A DNA stretch of 64,000 nucleotides from Alphaproteobacteria bacterium (GCA_033345195.1 JAWPOE010000008.1:112940-176939); one strand, 5' to 3'. Positions 40,562 through 50,909 are shown, numbered from the stretch's first letter. Program-made: numbers and translations. The notes: generated from the sequence alone by a model not told the origin.

Positions 40562-41449
40562 ATGAAAGGAATTATTTTAGCAGGGGGCAGTGGCAGCAGA
40601 CTTTATCCATTGACCAAAACAACATCAAAACAATTGTTGCCTGTATATGACAAGCCGATGATTTATTATCCTTTGTCGACATTGATGGCGTTTGGAATTC
40701 GCGATATTTTGATTATTTCAACACCCCAAGATACACCAAATATTGAAAAATTGTTCGGTGATGGGGCGAAAATTGGTCTGAATATTCAATATGCAATTCA
40801 ACCAGAACCAAAAGGTATTGCCCAGGCATTTACAATTGGGGCTGATTTTATTGGAAACGATGATGTATGTTTAATTCTGGGGGATAATATATTCTATATG
40901 GGGGGACAATTCCCAATGTTTATGGACGAGGTTGAAAAGAATACCGGTAAACGTGCAACAATTTTTGCATATCATGTTTCAGACCCAGAAAGATTTGGAG
41001 TGGTCGAATTTGATAAAGATTTAAAGGCAATTTCAATCGAAGAAAAACCAAAAAATCCAAAATCAAATTATGCATCGATCGGTTTATATTTTTATCCAGG
41101 TGATGTCGTTGAAAAGGCACGCGCATTAAAACCGTCGGCGCGTGGGGAACTGGAAATTACAGATTTAAATAATATGTATTTACGTGAAGGACGTATGTCT
41201 GTCGTTCCAATGCGACGGGGAAATGCGTGGCTGGATGCGGGTACACCAGACAGTCTGATGGAATCAGGACAATTTGTCCAAATTATTGAAAAACGACAGG
41301 GATTAAAGATTGCGTGTATCGAAGAAATTGCCTATAAGCAAGGTTTTATCAATGATATACAGATGCGTGCATTGATTGATGAATTAAAATCAGGGAATTA
41401 TAAAGATTATTTAGAAAAAGTGTACGGAGAGAAACATGAACTTTATTAA
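40562..41449 (+). CDS. rmlA: Glucose-1-phosphate thymidylyltransferase
   Basis: MKGIILAGGSGSRLYPLT... canonical RmlA. Confidence 0.9.
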   Translation: MKGIILAGGSGSRLYPLTKTTSKQLLPVYDKPMIYYPLSTLMAFGIRDILIISTPQDTPNIEKLFGDGAKIGLNIQYAIQPEPKGIAQAFTIGADFIGNDDVCLILGDNIFYMGGQFPMFMDEVEKNTGKRATIFAYHVSDPERFGVVEFDKDLKAISIEEKPKNPKSNYASIGLYFYPGDVVEKARALKPSARGELEITDLNNMYLREGRMSVVPMRRGNAWLDAGTPDSLMESGQFVQIIEKRQGLKIACIEEIAYKQGFINDIQMRALIDELKSGNYKDYLEKVYGEKHELY

Positions 41450-41987
41450 AACAGAAATTGATGGGGTTATTATTGTGGAACCGCGCGTGTTTACAGATGC
41501 GCGTGGGTACTTTTTCGAAAGTTATAATGCTGCAGAATTTGAAAAAAATGGTATTCCAAATGTTTTTGTCCAAGATAATCAATCAATGTCATCATATGGA
41601 GTTGTGCGCGGATTGCATTGTCAGACCGGTATTCATGCCCAGGCAAAGTTAGTGCGTGTTTTACATGGTGCTGTTCTGGATGTGGCGGTGGATATCAGAA
41701 AAAATTCGCCAACATTTGGTAAATATGTGGCGGTTGAATTAAGTGCAGAAAATAAAAGACAATTGTTCATACCACGTGGATTCTTGCATGGATTTTCTGT
41801 GTTAAGTGATACGGCGGTTTTTGCGTATAAATGTGATAATTTATATGCACCACATTCAGAATTTGGTATCAGGTTTGATGACCCAGATATTGGTGTCGAT
41901 TGGCGGGTGCCGGCAGATAAAATAATCGTTTCAGATAAAGATAAAATTGCCAAGGGGTTGAAAGATGTTCCTGATAACGGGTTGTAA
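41436..41987 (+). CDS. rmlC: dTDP-4-dehydrorhamnose 3,5-epimerase
   Basis: Cupin fold, RGLH motif region. Confidence 0.9.
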   Translation: MNFIKTEIDGVIIVEPRVFTDARGYFFESYNAAEFEKNGIPNVFVQDNQSMSSYGVVRGLHCQTGIHAQAKLVRVLHGAVLDVAVDIRKNSPTFGKYVAVELSAENKRQLFIPRGFLHGFSVLSDTAVFAYKCDNLYAPHSEFGIRFDDPDIGVDWRVPADKIIVSDKDKIAKGLKDVPDNGL

Positions 41988-42786
41988 TGGTCAATTGGGA
42001 CAAGAGCTGGCAAAATTATTGCCAGATGCAATTTGTGCAGATGTTAGCACACTTGATATAACAGATGAAATGGCGGTGCAGAATTTTGTGCGTGATAATA
42101 ATGTTGATGTAATTATTAACTGTGCGGCATATACCGCCGTGGATAAGGCAGAAGATGATATTGCGCTGGCAACAAAAATTAATGTTGATGGACCGCGAAA
42201 TCTGGCGAAAACAGGCGCAAAAATAATCCATATTTCAACAGACTATGTTTTTGATGGCAATGGTTGCAGACCATATGGCGCAGATGATGAAACAAATCCA
42301 GTGTCTGTTTATGGTAAAACAAAGCGTGCCGGTGAAGTTGCAGTTCTGGAAAACGCAGATATGGCGGTTGTTATCAGGACTGCCTGGTTATATTCGGTAA
42401 ATGGTAATAACTTTGTAAAAACAATGCGTCGATTGGGGGCGGAAAAAGATTCAATTAATGTTGTTGCCGACCAAATTGGAACACCAACATTTGCAGGAAA
42501 TCTGGCACAGGCGATTGTTAAGATTATTCCACAAATGACACATGAAAACAGTGGTATTTATCATTTCACAGATGAAGGCGTGTGTTCATGGTATGACTTT
42601 GCATGTGAAATTATGGAAATGTCGGGCTTGCATTGTATGGTAAATCCGATAAAATCAAGTCAATATCCAACGCGTGCATCACGACCATTTTATAGTGTAT
42701 TAGATAAAGATAAAATAAAACAGGTTTTTGGTGTTGAAATTAATCATTGGAAAAAGGGGTTAGAAAAATGTATAAAACAATTCTGA
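41965..42786 (+). CDS. rmlD: dTDP-4-dehydrorhamnose reductase
   Basis: Short-chain dehydrogenase-like, GCNGQLG N-terminus. Confidence 0.85.
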   Translation: MFLITGCNGQLGQELAKLLPDAICADVSTLDITDEMAVQNFVRDNNVDVIINCAAYTAVDKAEDDIALATKINVDGPRNLAKTGAKIIHISTDYVFDGNGCRPYGADDETNPVSVYGKTKRAGEVAVLENADMAVVIRTAWLYSVNGNNFVKTMRRLGAEKDSINVVADQIGTPTFAGNLAQAIVKIIPQMTHENSGIYHFTDEGVCSWYDFACEIMEMSGLHCMVNPIKSSQYPTRASRPFYSVLDKDKIKQVFGVEINHWKKGLEKCIKQF

Positions 42787-43775
42787 TAACAGGTGGGGCA
42801 GGTTTTATTGGTTCAAACTTTGTACCATATTTTTGTGAAAAATACCCAGAATATAAGATTATAAATCTGGATAAACTGACATATGCAGGGAATTTAGATA
42901 ATTTAAAAGAATGTGAAAACAGTTCTAATTATACCTTTGTCCAAGGTGATATTTGTGATGCGGAATTAATCGAAAAAATATTCAATGAATATGATGTTCG
43001 GGGTGTTATTCACTTTGCCGCAGAAAGTCATGTTGATAATTCTATAAAGGGTCCAGGTGCATTTATTAATACAAATATTGTTGGAACGTTTAATTTGTTG
43101 GATGCGGCGCGTCGTCACTGGATGGAAAAACCAGGTGTTGTTAAGTCGGGATATGAAAATGCGCGTTTTCATCATATTTCCACGGACGAAGTTTATGGTA
43201 CACTGGGTGATACAGGTATGTTCCGCGAAGATACACCATATGCACCAAACAGTCCATATTCTGCGTCCAAGGCATCATCTGATTTCTTGGTGCGTGCGTA
43301 TCATCATACATATGGCATGAATGTGACAACATCAAATTGTTCAAATAATTATGGACCAAAACAGCATAATGAAAAATTAATCCCACATATTATTGCCAAG
43401 GCATTATCACTGCAACCATTGCCAATTTATGGAACAGGTGAAAATATTCGTGACTGGTTATATGTTCTGGATCATTGCAAGGCAATTGATTTGATTTATC
43501 ATAATGGTAAGTCTGGTGAAACATATAATATTGGTGGGCGAAACGAAAGAAATAATATCACAATTGTAAAAACAATTTGTGCAATTTTAGATGAACGCAG
43601 ACCACGGGCAGACGGTAAAAAATATGAAGACTTAATTACCTTTGTTGCAGACCGCGCCGGACATGATTTCAGATATGCAATTGATGCGACTAAATTAGAA
43701 AATGAACTGGGGTGGCGGGCAGATGAAACGTTTGATACCGGTATTGTAAAGACGGTTGAATGGTACTTGAATTAA
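42768..43775 (+). CDS. rmlB: dTDP-glucose 4,6-dehydratase
   Basis: ILITGGAGFIGSNF, YxxxK. Start at the internal ATG (MYKTILITGG). Confidence 0.9.
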   Translation: MYKTILITGGAGFIGSNFVPYFCEKYPEYKIINLDKLTYAGNLDNLKECENSSNYTFVQGDICDAELIEKIFNEYDVRGVIHFAAESHVDNSIKGPGAFINTNIVGTFNLLDAARRHWMEKPGVVKSGYENARFHHISTDEVYGTLGDTGMFREDTPYAPNSPYSASKASSDFLVRAYHHTYGMNVTTSNCSNNYGPKQHNEKLIPHIIAKALSLQPLPIYGTGENIRDWLYVLDHCKAIDLIYHNGKSGETYNIGGRNERNNITIVKTICAILDERRPRADGKKYEDLITFVADRAGHDFRYAIDATKLENELGWRADETFDTGIVKTVEWYLN

Positions 43776-43819
43776 ACAAAAAAATATGGTATTATCACCG
43801 TATCAGAAAGGAGTTTTAG

Positions 43820-44185
43820 ATGAAAAAATTATTGTTAAAGTTAAATTTTGCAATTGTTGGTATTATGGCAACAAGTGTTGCAAAGGCAGCGGAGGCAGGT
43901 CTTAATATTAATACAAATGCATTGTGTGGTTTGTTTCAACAATTTGGTGGTATTTTTAAAGTATTGCGTACGCTGGCATTTGTTGGTGCGGCGTTTATTT
44001 TGGCAGGCTGGGCATGGGGCTGGATTTCCGGTGGCGAAGTAAAATTGGATGATGTCAAAAAGAAAGGTATTGGTATGTTGGTTGGTTTTGTCGTTCTGTT
44101 TGGCGTTGGTGCAATCGTGACCGTATTTATGAATATGGCGGGCGCTGGTGGTTCATTGGGTTGTGATATGAGTGACGTTTTCTAA
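43820..44185 (+). CDS. VirB2/TrbC-like T4SS pilin subunit
   Basis: 121 aa, signal peptide (..VAKA|AEA), two hydrophobic helices separated by a short loop, Gly-rich C-terminus. Architecture typical of VirB2/RvhB2 paralogs. Confidence 0.55.
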   Translation: MKKLLLKLNFAIVGIMATSVAKAAEAGLNINTNALCGLFQQFGGIFKVLRTLAFVGAAFILAGWAWGWISGGEVKLDDVKKKGIGMLVGFVVLFGVGAIVTVFMNMAGAGGSLGCDMSDVF

Positions 44186-44243
44186 AACCAAAATATAATA
44201 AAAGAATACGCGGATTATTCCGCGTTTTTTTGTTTTTATAAAA

Positions 44244-44816
44244 TTAAAATATATATCGTGCGCCAATTGAAAATTCAGACATTGTATGAAACAGTGTGTC
44301 GTTGATGGGTATATACTGATACTGTAATAACATTGATACATCGTCGCCGGGGAATGTAAACATAACACCAATGCCCAGACGGGTGGTGACGTTGTTTTCT
44401 GATTCTTTGGTTGATAATTCTTCGTATAAATTTATGTATTCGATTTTATTATAAACCTTGTAATTGCCAACACCGAATGATGTAAAGAAGTCAAAGTCGC
44501 GGTTTATATTATAATATGCGAATACGTCAAATCCGTATGCCATATAATAAATTTCATGATTTATTGAATCAAATGTCGATATATATTCCATGTCATTTGT
44601 GCTGGAATGGGTGAAAAATAATTCAACACCGAAATTATTGCCAATGCGTGCGCCGGCATTAATTGTCCCAGAATAATATCGATCGTCCAGTTCTGTGTCA
44701 ATTGTGTAATCCGCGATATTTAATCCGGCATCAATCCCAATATATGGCTTAAAATTTGAATATGCGTTTGTCGTACCGCATATCAGTACAGGTAATATAA
44801 AAAATAGTTTATTCAT
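44244..44816 (-). CDS. Outer-membrane beta-barrel protein (OmpA-like/Omp25/OmpW-type porin family), C-terminal Phe
   Basis: Signal peptide, alternating amphipathic beta-strand pattern, terminal ..YIF. Confidence 0.65.
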   Translation of the reverse strand: MNKLFFILPVLICGTTNAYSNFKPYIGIDAGLNIADYTIDTELDDRYYSGTINAGARIGNNFGVELFFTHSSTNDMEYISTFDSINHEIYYMAYGFDVFAYYNINRDFDFFTSFGVGNYKVYNKIEYINLYEELSTKESENNVTTRLGIGVMFTFPGDDVSMLLQYQYIPINDTLFHTMSEFSIGARYIF

Positions 44817-44932
44817 TATATTTGTCCCCAGTTATGTTTTTATTGTAGTATTTTAAATATCATACGCAAATGTATTTTGTAACAGATTGATTTTATGATA
44901 TAATAAATGAAAAAATAGTAGGAGATTTTGCA

Positions 44933-46747
44933 ATGGCAGAAAACAAAAAATTGAAATATATCAAGACAGCGCAGGATTTATCAGAATTTAATACATCTAT
45001 AAAAGAATATATAAATAGAGGTAAATCTTATTCTGAACTGATGGATTATGTTATAGACCCTGATTTTGATTTAGATTTGTTTTATAAATCACAGGGATAT
45101 TATGCGGAAAGTGATGATTTTTATGCTATGTATTTCAATTTGGTAAGTAATACAATATCTGGATTAAATAAAAAACAAAAGGATGAATTTGCAAATCGTC
45201 TGGGTGATTCTTTGAAATCTTATTGGGATTTGGTTTATATGTTCGGTGGTGCAGAAAAATGGAATAGGGATGATTTACAAAAAAGGGCGAAGTATTCGCC
45301 ATATAACATTGTTTTTCATGCAGCAGATAAAAGAGATTTGTTCCGAGATGAGGCATTCCTGTTCAAAAAAACAATATCGCCAGATAATCAGGTTTTATTA
45401 AGAAATTCTGGTTTTGTTAATCCTTATGAATATAATTTTTCAAATCAACGTATGCAAGATCCTAAGATAAGTATGCCGTTCTTGCCAAAAGGAAATACGC
45501 ATGGTTTATATGGAAATGATAAACATTTGTTTGAAAAATTCCAAAAAGATTTTGGATGGGCCTTTGATCCAAAGACTGCGTTCAAGAATGCGCAACATCC
45601 AAATGTTTTGTTTGATTTGCGTTCAGGCAAGATTCAGCCAAGTGTGGCAATGTCTGAATTGAATTCATCTGATTTTAAGTATATTATCCCAAAAAATGAT
45701 TTTAAAGATTTATCAGCAAGCGAGCTTTATGATATCTTGTCTGCGCGCGATGTTCGTTGGGAACAATGGCAGGTTGCGTCAATGATGGAAATGATTGTTG
45801 ACAAGTCGCCAGATGTTAATAATGAAGAATATCTGAATCAAATAATGGAAATCATTGTTGTTAATAATCAACTGTTTTTGAAAAAAACAGAAAATAACCA
45901 TAGATTATGGTTGAAAATAGAAGATAAATTTAAAAATATAGTGCAACAAAACAAGGCGTATGAAGAAAACTTGAAAGGTTCAATTGAGAAATTGCGCGCG
46001 GAAATCAAAGAAAAAGAATCTGATTTAAAACCGTTACAAGAAATGTTGTCTGTATTAAGGGATGAAAAAGAATCGTATGTGAGTCTGGAACGTCAACTGG
46101 AATCTTTTTCATATAGGGGAAGTGATTTTGTAAAGGAGAATGTGTCTGCGATAAAAAGAAATATAGATAATACAGTAAATGGTAAGTTTGATAGTATGGC
46201 ATTGCCAGAAAAACCATGGAAAATAATTGCCTTTCCAAAAGAGAAAAAAGAATATGAAGAACTTTGTGCATTGATTGCCAATGTTAATCAACGTAACGAG
46301 TATAGAAAAAACTGTCGTGATAATACATTTGGCGAACATGAATTTAATTTGACAGCAAAAATGAATGAACTTGGGTTAAAACAAAGAGAAGTAGAATTTG
46401 AAAGAAGCAGAAAAGCCGATGTTCTAAATCAACAAAGTTGGGATCAAAGAAGATTTTATGGTTCAGCAAAACGTATATCAGATAATCTTGAAAAAAATGT
46501 TAGCGACCAAAAACTTGCCAAGGCAGAGCGTATGCAACAAGCGCGGGAAAAACTGAAAGAAAAGGGTGTTGTGTTAGGACAGAAAAGTGGTGTGATAGAG
46601 GCTGATAAAAAAGCAGAAAAAATCATCTTTGATAAAGCAGTTGAAAAAATGATGAAAAAATTGCGTGCGACAACTGCAAACGCAAAAAAGTCAGACAAAG
46701 AACTGATGGAAATTGCAAAAAGATTGGTCACAGAAAATCAAAAATAA
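44933..46747 (+). CDS. Large (604 aa) soluble hypothetical protein with a C-terminal coiled-coil/charged region. No recognisable domain. Very AT-rich.
   Basis: Long intact ORF with good terminators on both sides; no signal peptide or TM. Confidence 0.6.
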   Translation: MAENKKLKYIKTAQDLSEFNTSIKEYINRGKSYSELMDYVIDPDFDLDLFYKSQGYYAESDDFYAMYFNLVSNTISGLNKKQKDEFANRLGDSLKSYWDLVYMFGGAEKWNRDDLQKRAKYSPYNIVFHAADKRDLFRDEAFLFKKTISPDNQVLLRNSGFVNPYEYNFSNQRMQDPKISMPFLPKGNTHGLYGNDKHLFEKFQKDFGWAFDPKTAFKNAQHPNVLFDLRSGKIQPSVAMSELNSSDFKYIIPKNDFKDLSASELYDILSARDVRWEQWQVASMMEMIVDKSPDVNNEEYLNQIMEIIVVNNQLFLKKTENNHRLWLKIEDKFKNIVQQNKAYEENLKGSIEKLRAEIKEKESDLKPLQEMLSVLRDEKESYVSLERQLESFSYRGSDFVKENVSAIKRNIDNTVNGKFDSMALPEKPWKIIAFPKEKKEYEELCALIANVNQRNEYRKNCRDNTFGEHEFNLTAKMNELGLKQREVEFERSRKADVLNQQSWDQRRFYGSAKRISDNLEKNVSDQKLAKAERMQQAREKLKEKGVVLGQKSGVIEADKKAEKIIFDKAVEKMMKKLRATTANAKKSDKELMEIAKRLVTENQK

Positions 46748-46819
46748 AAATAACCCGGGAAACCGGGTTTTATTGTTATAAAAGGTGTGGTATAATACCA
46801 TGTATAAAAGGGTTTTTAT

Positions 46820-47683
46820 ATGAAAGTTTTTAATAAAATTCGTGAATTAGATGGAACAAGAAAAATTTACTTTTGTGGTATAAAAATCATTAGTTATAAA
46901 CAGGCTGTGAAAAAGATAGATTTTTCATATGCTATTCTTAAATATAAAGGGGTAAATAAAGCAAAAAATTTAAAGAATTTAATTCTTGGGTCATCGCATG
47001 GACGTGACGGTTTTGTTCCTGGAAAATCAGATTTTAATTTGTCGCAATCGTCGCTTGATTTATACCGTATTTATCATTTATACAAATATGTGTTAAAAAA
47101 TAACGGAAAAAATCTTGAAAATATAATCGTTTTTTATTCCGTTTTTCATGCAGGATTACAACTTGAAAAAACCAGTAAGTGGAAATATTGCATAATATAC
47201 AAAACGTTATACGATATAAAATATGCGTTTCCATTGGCACTTGATGATTCTTATTTGGTAAATGAAATAAACGGGCAAATAGATACAGTGTCTTGTCCAG
47301 ATGATTTTCGTGGTAAATCTGATAATTATGAAAATAAATATGAATCAGATGCAAAAATACTTGTTGAAAAACATCTTAAAAATACGTGCAGAAATAATAA
47401 TCAAATAAAATACCTGGCCAAATTGGTTGATATGGCACGGAAACATAAACAAAATGTTTATGTTGTTTTGCCACCATATCGTTCGGACTATTTAAAACAT
47501 TTGCCAGAACAACAGGTTGTTTTTAGGGAATTGTTCGAATTTTTAGACAAAAACAAAGATGTAAAATTGTTAAATTTACAAGATGATAAAGATTTTATAG
47601 ATTCCGATTTTAATTCTGTTGATCATTGCAGCGAAGACGGTGGAATAAAACTTACCAAAAAAATAAAAAAAGCATTAAAATAA
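46820..47683 (+). CDS. Hypothetical protein, possibly SGNH/GDSL-like hydrolase (GSSHG near the N-terminus, D-H near the C-terminus). Very AT-rich.
   Basis: Intact 287-aa ORF followed by a terminator hairpin ACACCacaaGGGGGTGT plus T-run. Confidence 0.5.
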   Translation: MKVFNKIRELDGTRKIYFCGIKIISYKQAVKKIDFSYAILKYKGVNKAKNLKNLILGSSHGRDGFVPGKSDFNLSQSSLDLYRIYHLYKYVLKNNGKNLENIIVFYSVFHAGLQLEKTSKWKYCIIYKTLYDIKYAFPLALDDSYLVNEINGQIDTVSCPDDFRGKSDNYENKYESDAKILVEKHLKNTCRNNNQIKYLAKLVDMARKHKQNVYVVLPPYRSDYLKHLPEQQVVFRELFEFLDKNKDVKLLNLQDDKDFIDSDFNSVDHCSEDGGIKLTKKIKKALK

Positions 47684-47699
47684 AAACACCACAAGGGGG

Positions 47700-47814
47700 T
47701 GTTTTTATTAAGGCCCGCCTATGCCAAGGCTACGGCGAGGCACTGAATTTTCTAAACAAAAATACCGCAAAAGCGGTATTTTTAGAAAATTCGTGGTTGC
47801 GGGGAATGGATTTG
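47700..47814. repeat. Direct repeat copy A (115 bp): downstream flank plus the 3' 21 nt of tRNA-fMet, without the rest of the tRNA
   Basis: Near-identical to 47952..48066. Contains the terminator ATACCGCaaaaGCGGTAT and ends with tggttgcggggaatggatttg (3' end of tRNA-fMet, minus orientation). Confidence 0.85.
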
Positions 47815-47951
47815 GCTGCGCACCAACTGCGCAAATCAACCTTTGGTTGACCGGCATACTGCCGTCTGCCTTTTGCTGGTTGTGAACCATCTTTGTTCAA
47901 TGGTTCAAATCCAACACAACACACGTTTAAATAAAAAATGCATCACAAGGA

Positions 47952-48045
47952 TGTTTTTATTAAGGCCCGCCTATGCCAAGGCTACGGCGAGGCACTGAAT
48001 TTTCTAAACAAAAATACCGCAAAAGCGGTATTTTTAGAAAATTCG

Positions 48046-48066
<21 letters not shown>
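47952..48066. repeat. Direct repeat copy B (115 bp), contiguous with the intact tRNA-fMet
   Basis: See copy A. Confidence 0.85.
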
Positions 48067-48122
<56 letters not shown>

Positions 48123-48270
48123 ATAAGGTGTGTGCATTATATAGGACTATTTATGTATAGTCAATAAAAAAATGTTTTTTCTGTTTTTTATGATGTTTTT
48201 CCTGGTCTGTCTTGAATTATCTAATTTTTGTTGCTAAGATTTGCAAAAGTATAAAATATAAGGGTTTGTC

Positions 48271-49062
48271 GTGTTTCAAAATAAGACTTTTAGAAAAATT
48301 TGGAAGGGGGTTTGGGAGCCTGTATTAAGCCTGGGAATTTTTCAGTGGATTATCGTTATTATTATGGCTATTCCGATTTGGTTTTCGTATTTTACATCAA
48401 TAAAAAAAATTACAAATATTGATGTCTTTTATAAATATCGCAGAAAACCAGCGATTTTTGTCTTTTGGCATGGGCGCAGTTTGATGTTAAGTCCGATTAT
48501 TTGTTTGGGGGGTATGCGTGCGTATGCCGTTGCCAGTCGTCATAAAGATGGACGTATGATGGCAAAATTACAACGTTTGTTCGGATTGCGTGCAATTTAT
48601 GGGTCAAGTCACAAGGGGGGCGTATCTGTTCTGCGCGAAGGGTTGCGTGTCTTGGCACGTGGTGACCATGGTATTTGTATGTCGCCAGATGGGCCAGGGG
48701 GACCGTCATTGCGTGTGCAAGAAGGGGCGTTGTATTTCGCAAAAATGTCAGGCGCACCGATTATTCCGGTGTGCTATACATCGTCGCGTGCATGGATTCA
48801 AGACAGATGGGATAAGTATTTGTTGTCTTTGCCGTTTGCAAAGATAGTGTGCAATGTTGGAAATCCGATCTTTGTGCCAAAGCGGGCAACCGCCGAAGAA
48901 TTTGAAAAAATTCGCAAGGATTTAGAAGACTTTATGGTTGCACAAATGCGTGAGTTGGATGCAGAATTTGATTTGCCGTATATTGAACAGGATTTGACCG
49001 CGTCTGAATATAAAAAAGCAAAACGTGAAGCAAAAATAAACAAGAAAAAGAAAGGAAAATAA
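48271..49062 (+). CDS. DUF374-family protein (lysophospholipid acyltransferase-like, lipid A/Kdo-associated), GTG start
   Basis: N-terminal TM, HG.. acyltransferase-like region. Immediately upstream of lpxK, where DUF374 genes are typically found. Confidence 0.6.
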   Translation: MFQNKTFRKIWKGVWEPVLSLGIFQWIIVIIMAIPIWFSYFTSIKKITNIDVFYKYRRKPAIFVFWHGRSLMLSPIICLGGMRAYAVASRHKDGRMMAKLQRLFGLRAIYGSSHKGGVSVLREGLRVLARGDHGICMSPDGPGGPSLRVQEGALYFAKMSGAPIIPVCYTSSRAWIQDRWDKYLLSLPFAKIVCNVGNPIFVPKRATAEEFEKIRKDLEDFMVAQMRELDAEFDLPYIEQDLTASEYKKAKREAKINKKKKGK

Positions 49063-49968
49063 ATGAAAACACCGTGGTGGTTCAGCAGTAAGAATCCATT
49101 TGCATTAATATTGGTGCCGTTTTCATGGATTTATTATCTGATTGGACGTGTTGTGTTTATGTTTCGTCGCTTTGCTGCGTTGAAATCGCGTCGCCCAATT
49201 ATATGTGTTGGTAATATTTTGGCGGGTGGTGTTGGTAAAACACCGGTGGTGCGTGCAATTGCAAACTATTTTGGTGCGCCGGTCGTTATGCGTGGATATA
49301 AAAAGAGTGATGCAACAGGTAATGTTGGGGACGAGGCAGCGATGCTGGCGCGGACTGGGTTGGCGGTGCATGTTGGTGATAGAAAAAGTAATATAATTTT
49401 ATTAAATAAGCAAAAAAAAGAAAATAGTCCGATTGTTATGGATGATGGATTGCAAAACCCATCAATAAAAAAAGATGTTTCAATCGTTGTCTTTGATGAG
49501 GGGTTAGGCGTCGGAAATGGTTTGTTGTTGCCGGCCGGTCCCCTGCGTCAGCCAAAACGCGCAGTTAAAAAGGCAGATGCGATTATTGTTATTCGCAGCA
49601 AGACACCGAAAAAGAATTTTAAACTGCCCGATGGTGTGCCAGTGTTCTATGCCAAAAATCAAACGTTTTCACCGTATGATGAAAATCAAAAGTTGGTCGC
49701 GTTTGCGGGAATTGGGTATCCAAAAAAATTCTTTAATGCGTTGCATAATGTTGTGGCACGTCGCGGTTTTCCAGACCACTATCAATATACAAATGATGAT
49801 TTGGAACGCTTGTTCGCGTTGGCAAATAAAAAGGGTGCGAAATTAATCACAACAGAAAAAGACTGGGTTCGTTTGCCGGTTGAAATTCGTGACGAAATTA
49901 AATATGCGCGTTTGGATACGGTTATTGAAAATGCATTTTATGATTGGTTAAAGGAGAAAATTAAATGA
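49063..49968 (+). CDS. lpxK: Tetraacyldisaccharide 4'-kinase
   Basis: P-loop VGNILAGGVGKTP typical of LpxK. Confidence 0.85.
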   Translation: MKTPWWFSSKNPFALILVPFSWIYYLIGRVVFMFRRFAALKSRRPIICVGNILAGGVGKTPVVRAIANYFGAPVVMRGYKKSDATGNVGDEAAMLARTGLAVHVGDRKSNIILLNKQKKENSPIVMDDGLQNPSIKKDVSIVVFDEGLGVGNGLLLPAGPLRQPKRAVKKADAIIVIRSKTPKKNFKLPDGVPVFYAKNQTFSPYDENQKLVAFAGIGYPKKFFNALHNVVARRGFPDHYQYTNDDLERLFALANKKGAKLITTEKDWVRLPVEIRDEIKYARLDTVIENAFYDWLKEKIK

Positions 49969-50909
49969 CAACGCTGAAAAAAGAAGTAAAATTATCAGGA
50001 TTAGGTATTCATTCGGGAACGCCGGTAAATATTGTTGTAAAGCCGTCTGAAAAACAGGGGATTTTCTTTCGTCGTGTTGATTTGGTGGGGACTGATTTAA
50101 TATCTGCGATGTATGATAATGTTGGCGAAACAAAAATGCGCAATACAACGATTGGAAAAAAATCAGGCGCGCATGTTCAGACGATTGAACATTTGATGGC
50201 GGCGTTGTTTATCGTTGGTGTTGACTGCGCAATTGTTGAAATTGATGGCGCAGAAACACCAATCTTGGACGGCAGTGCGGATGAATTTATCAAGGCGTTT
50301 GTTGATGCAGGTGTGACAGATGGAAATCTGAAACGTATTGTTGTAAAAAAGCCCGTTGTTGTTAATGCGCGTGATGCGATAAAACAATTGCCGTTGATTG
50401 AACGCGTGAAAATATGGATTTTTGGAAAAATCACAGGACGCAAGCCGAATAATGGTTTTGTAAAACTGGAACCAAATGATGGAAAAAGTTTGGATATTGT
50501 TGCAACGCTGATTTATCCGGAAAAAATTATTGGCAGTCAGTCTTATTCGTATCGGTTTGATGGAACAAAAAAGTCTGTAAATGATTTTGTTAAAAATGTT
50601 GCACGTGCGCGTACGTTTGGCAAGTATTCTGAATGGGAATATTTGAAAAAGCATGGTATGGGACGCGGTGCAAACGAAGGCAATGTTATCGCGTTAAATG
50701 ATGCGGGGGATGGAACGCTAAATGAAACAATCTGGCCAGATGAATTTGTTAGACACAAGATTGTTGATGCAGTTGGTGATATGTTTACATCTGGGGGAAT
50801 GATATGCGGAAAATTAGAGTCTTATAAAGGCAGTCATGCATTGAATAACTTGGTCTTGAAAAAGTTGTTTAGTGACCCGGCGAATTATGATATAATTAAT
50901 GCAAAATAA
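49965..50909 (+). CDS. lpxC: UDP-3-O-acyl-N-acetylglucosamine deacetylase
   Basis: N-terminal TLKKEVKLSGLGIHSG... and HTIEHLMAAL zinc-binding region match LpxC. Confidence 0.9.
   Translation: MTTLKKEVKLSGLGIHSGTPVNIVVKPSEKQGIFFRRVDLVGTDLISAMYDNVGETKMRNTTIGKKSGAHVQTIEHLMAALFIVGVDCAIVEIDGAETPILDGSADEFIKAFVDAGVTDGNLKRIVVKKPVVVNARDAIKQLPLIERVKIWIFGKITGRKPNNGFVKLEPNDGKSLDIVATLIYPEKIIGSQSYSYRFDGTKKSVNDFVKNVARARTFGKYSEWEYLKKHGMGRGANEGNVIALNDAGDGTLNETIWPDEFVRHKIVDAVGDMFTSGGMICGKLESYKGSHALNNLVLKKLFSDPANYDIINAK

Noticed and set aside
47626-47924. ORFs 47626..47850 (+), 47708..47890 (-), 47730..47924 (-)
   Set aside because: They lie entirely within the repeat, terminator and tRNA-fragment region. No coding signal.
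47815-47951. A second, + strand tRNA gene between the fMet repeats
   Set aside because: Only isolated D-arm-like and T-arm-like pieces. No acceptor stem pairing and no 7-nt anticodon loop. Treated as tRNA fragments or a pseudogene.
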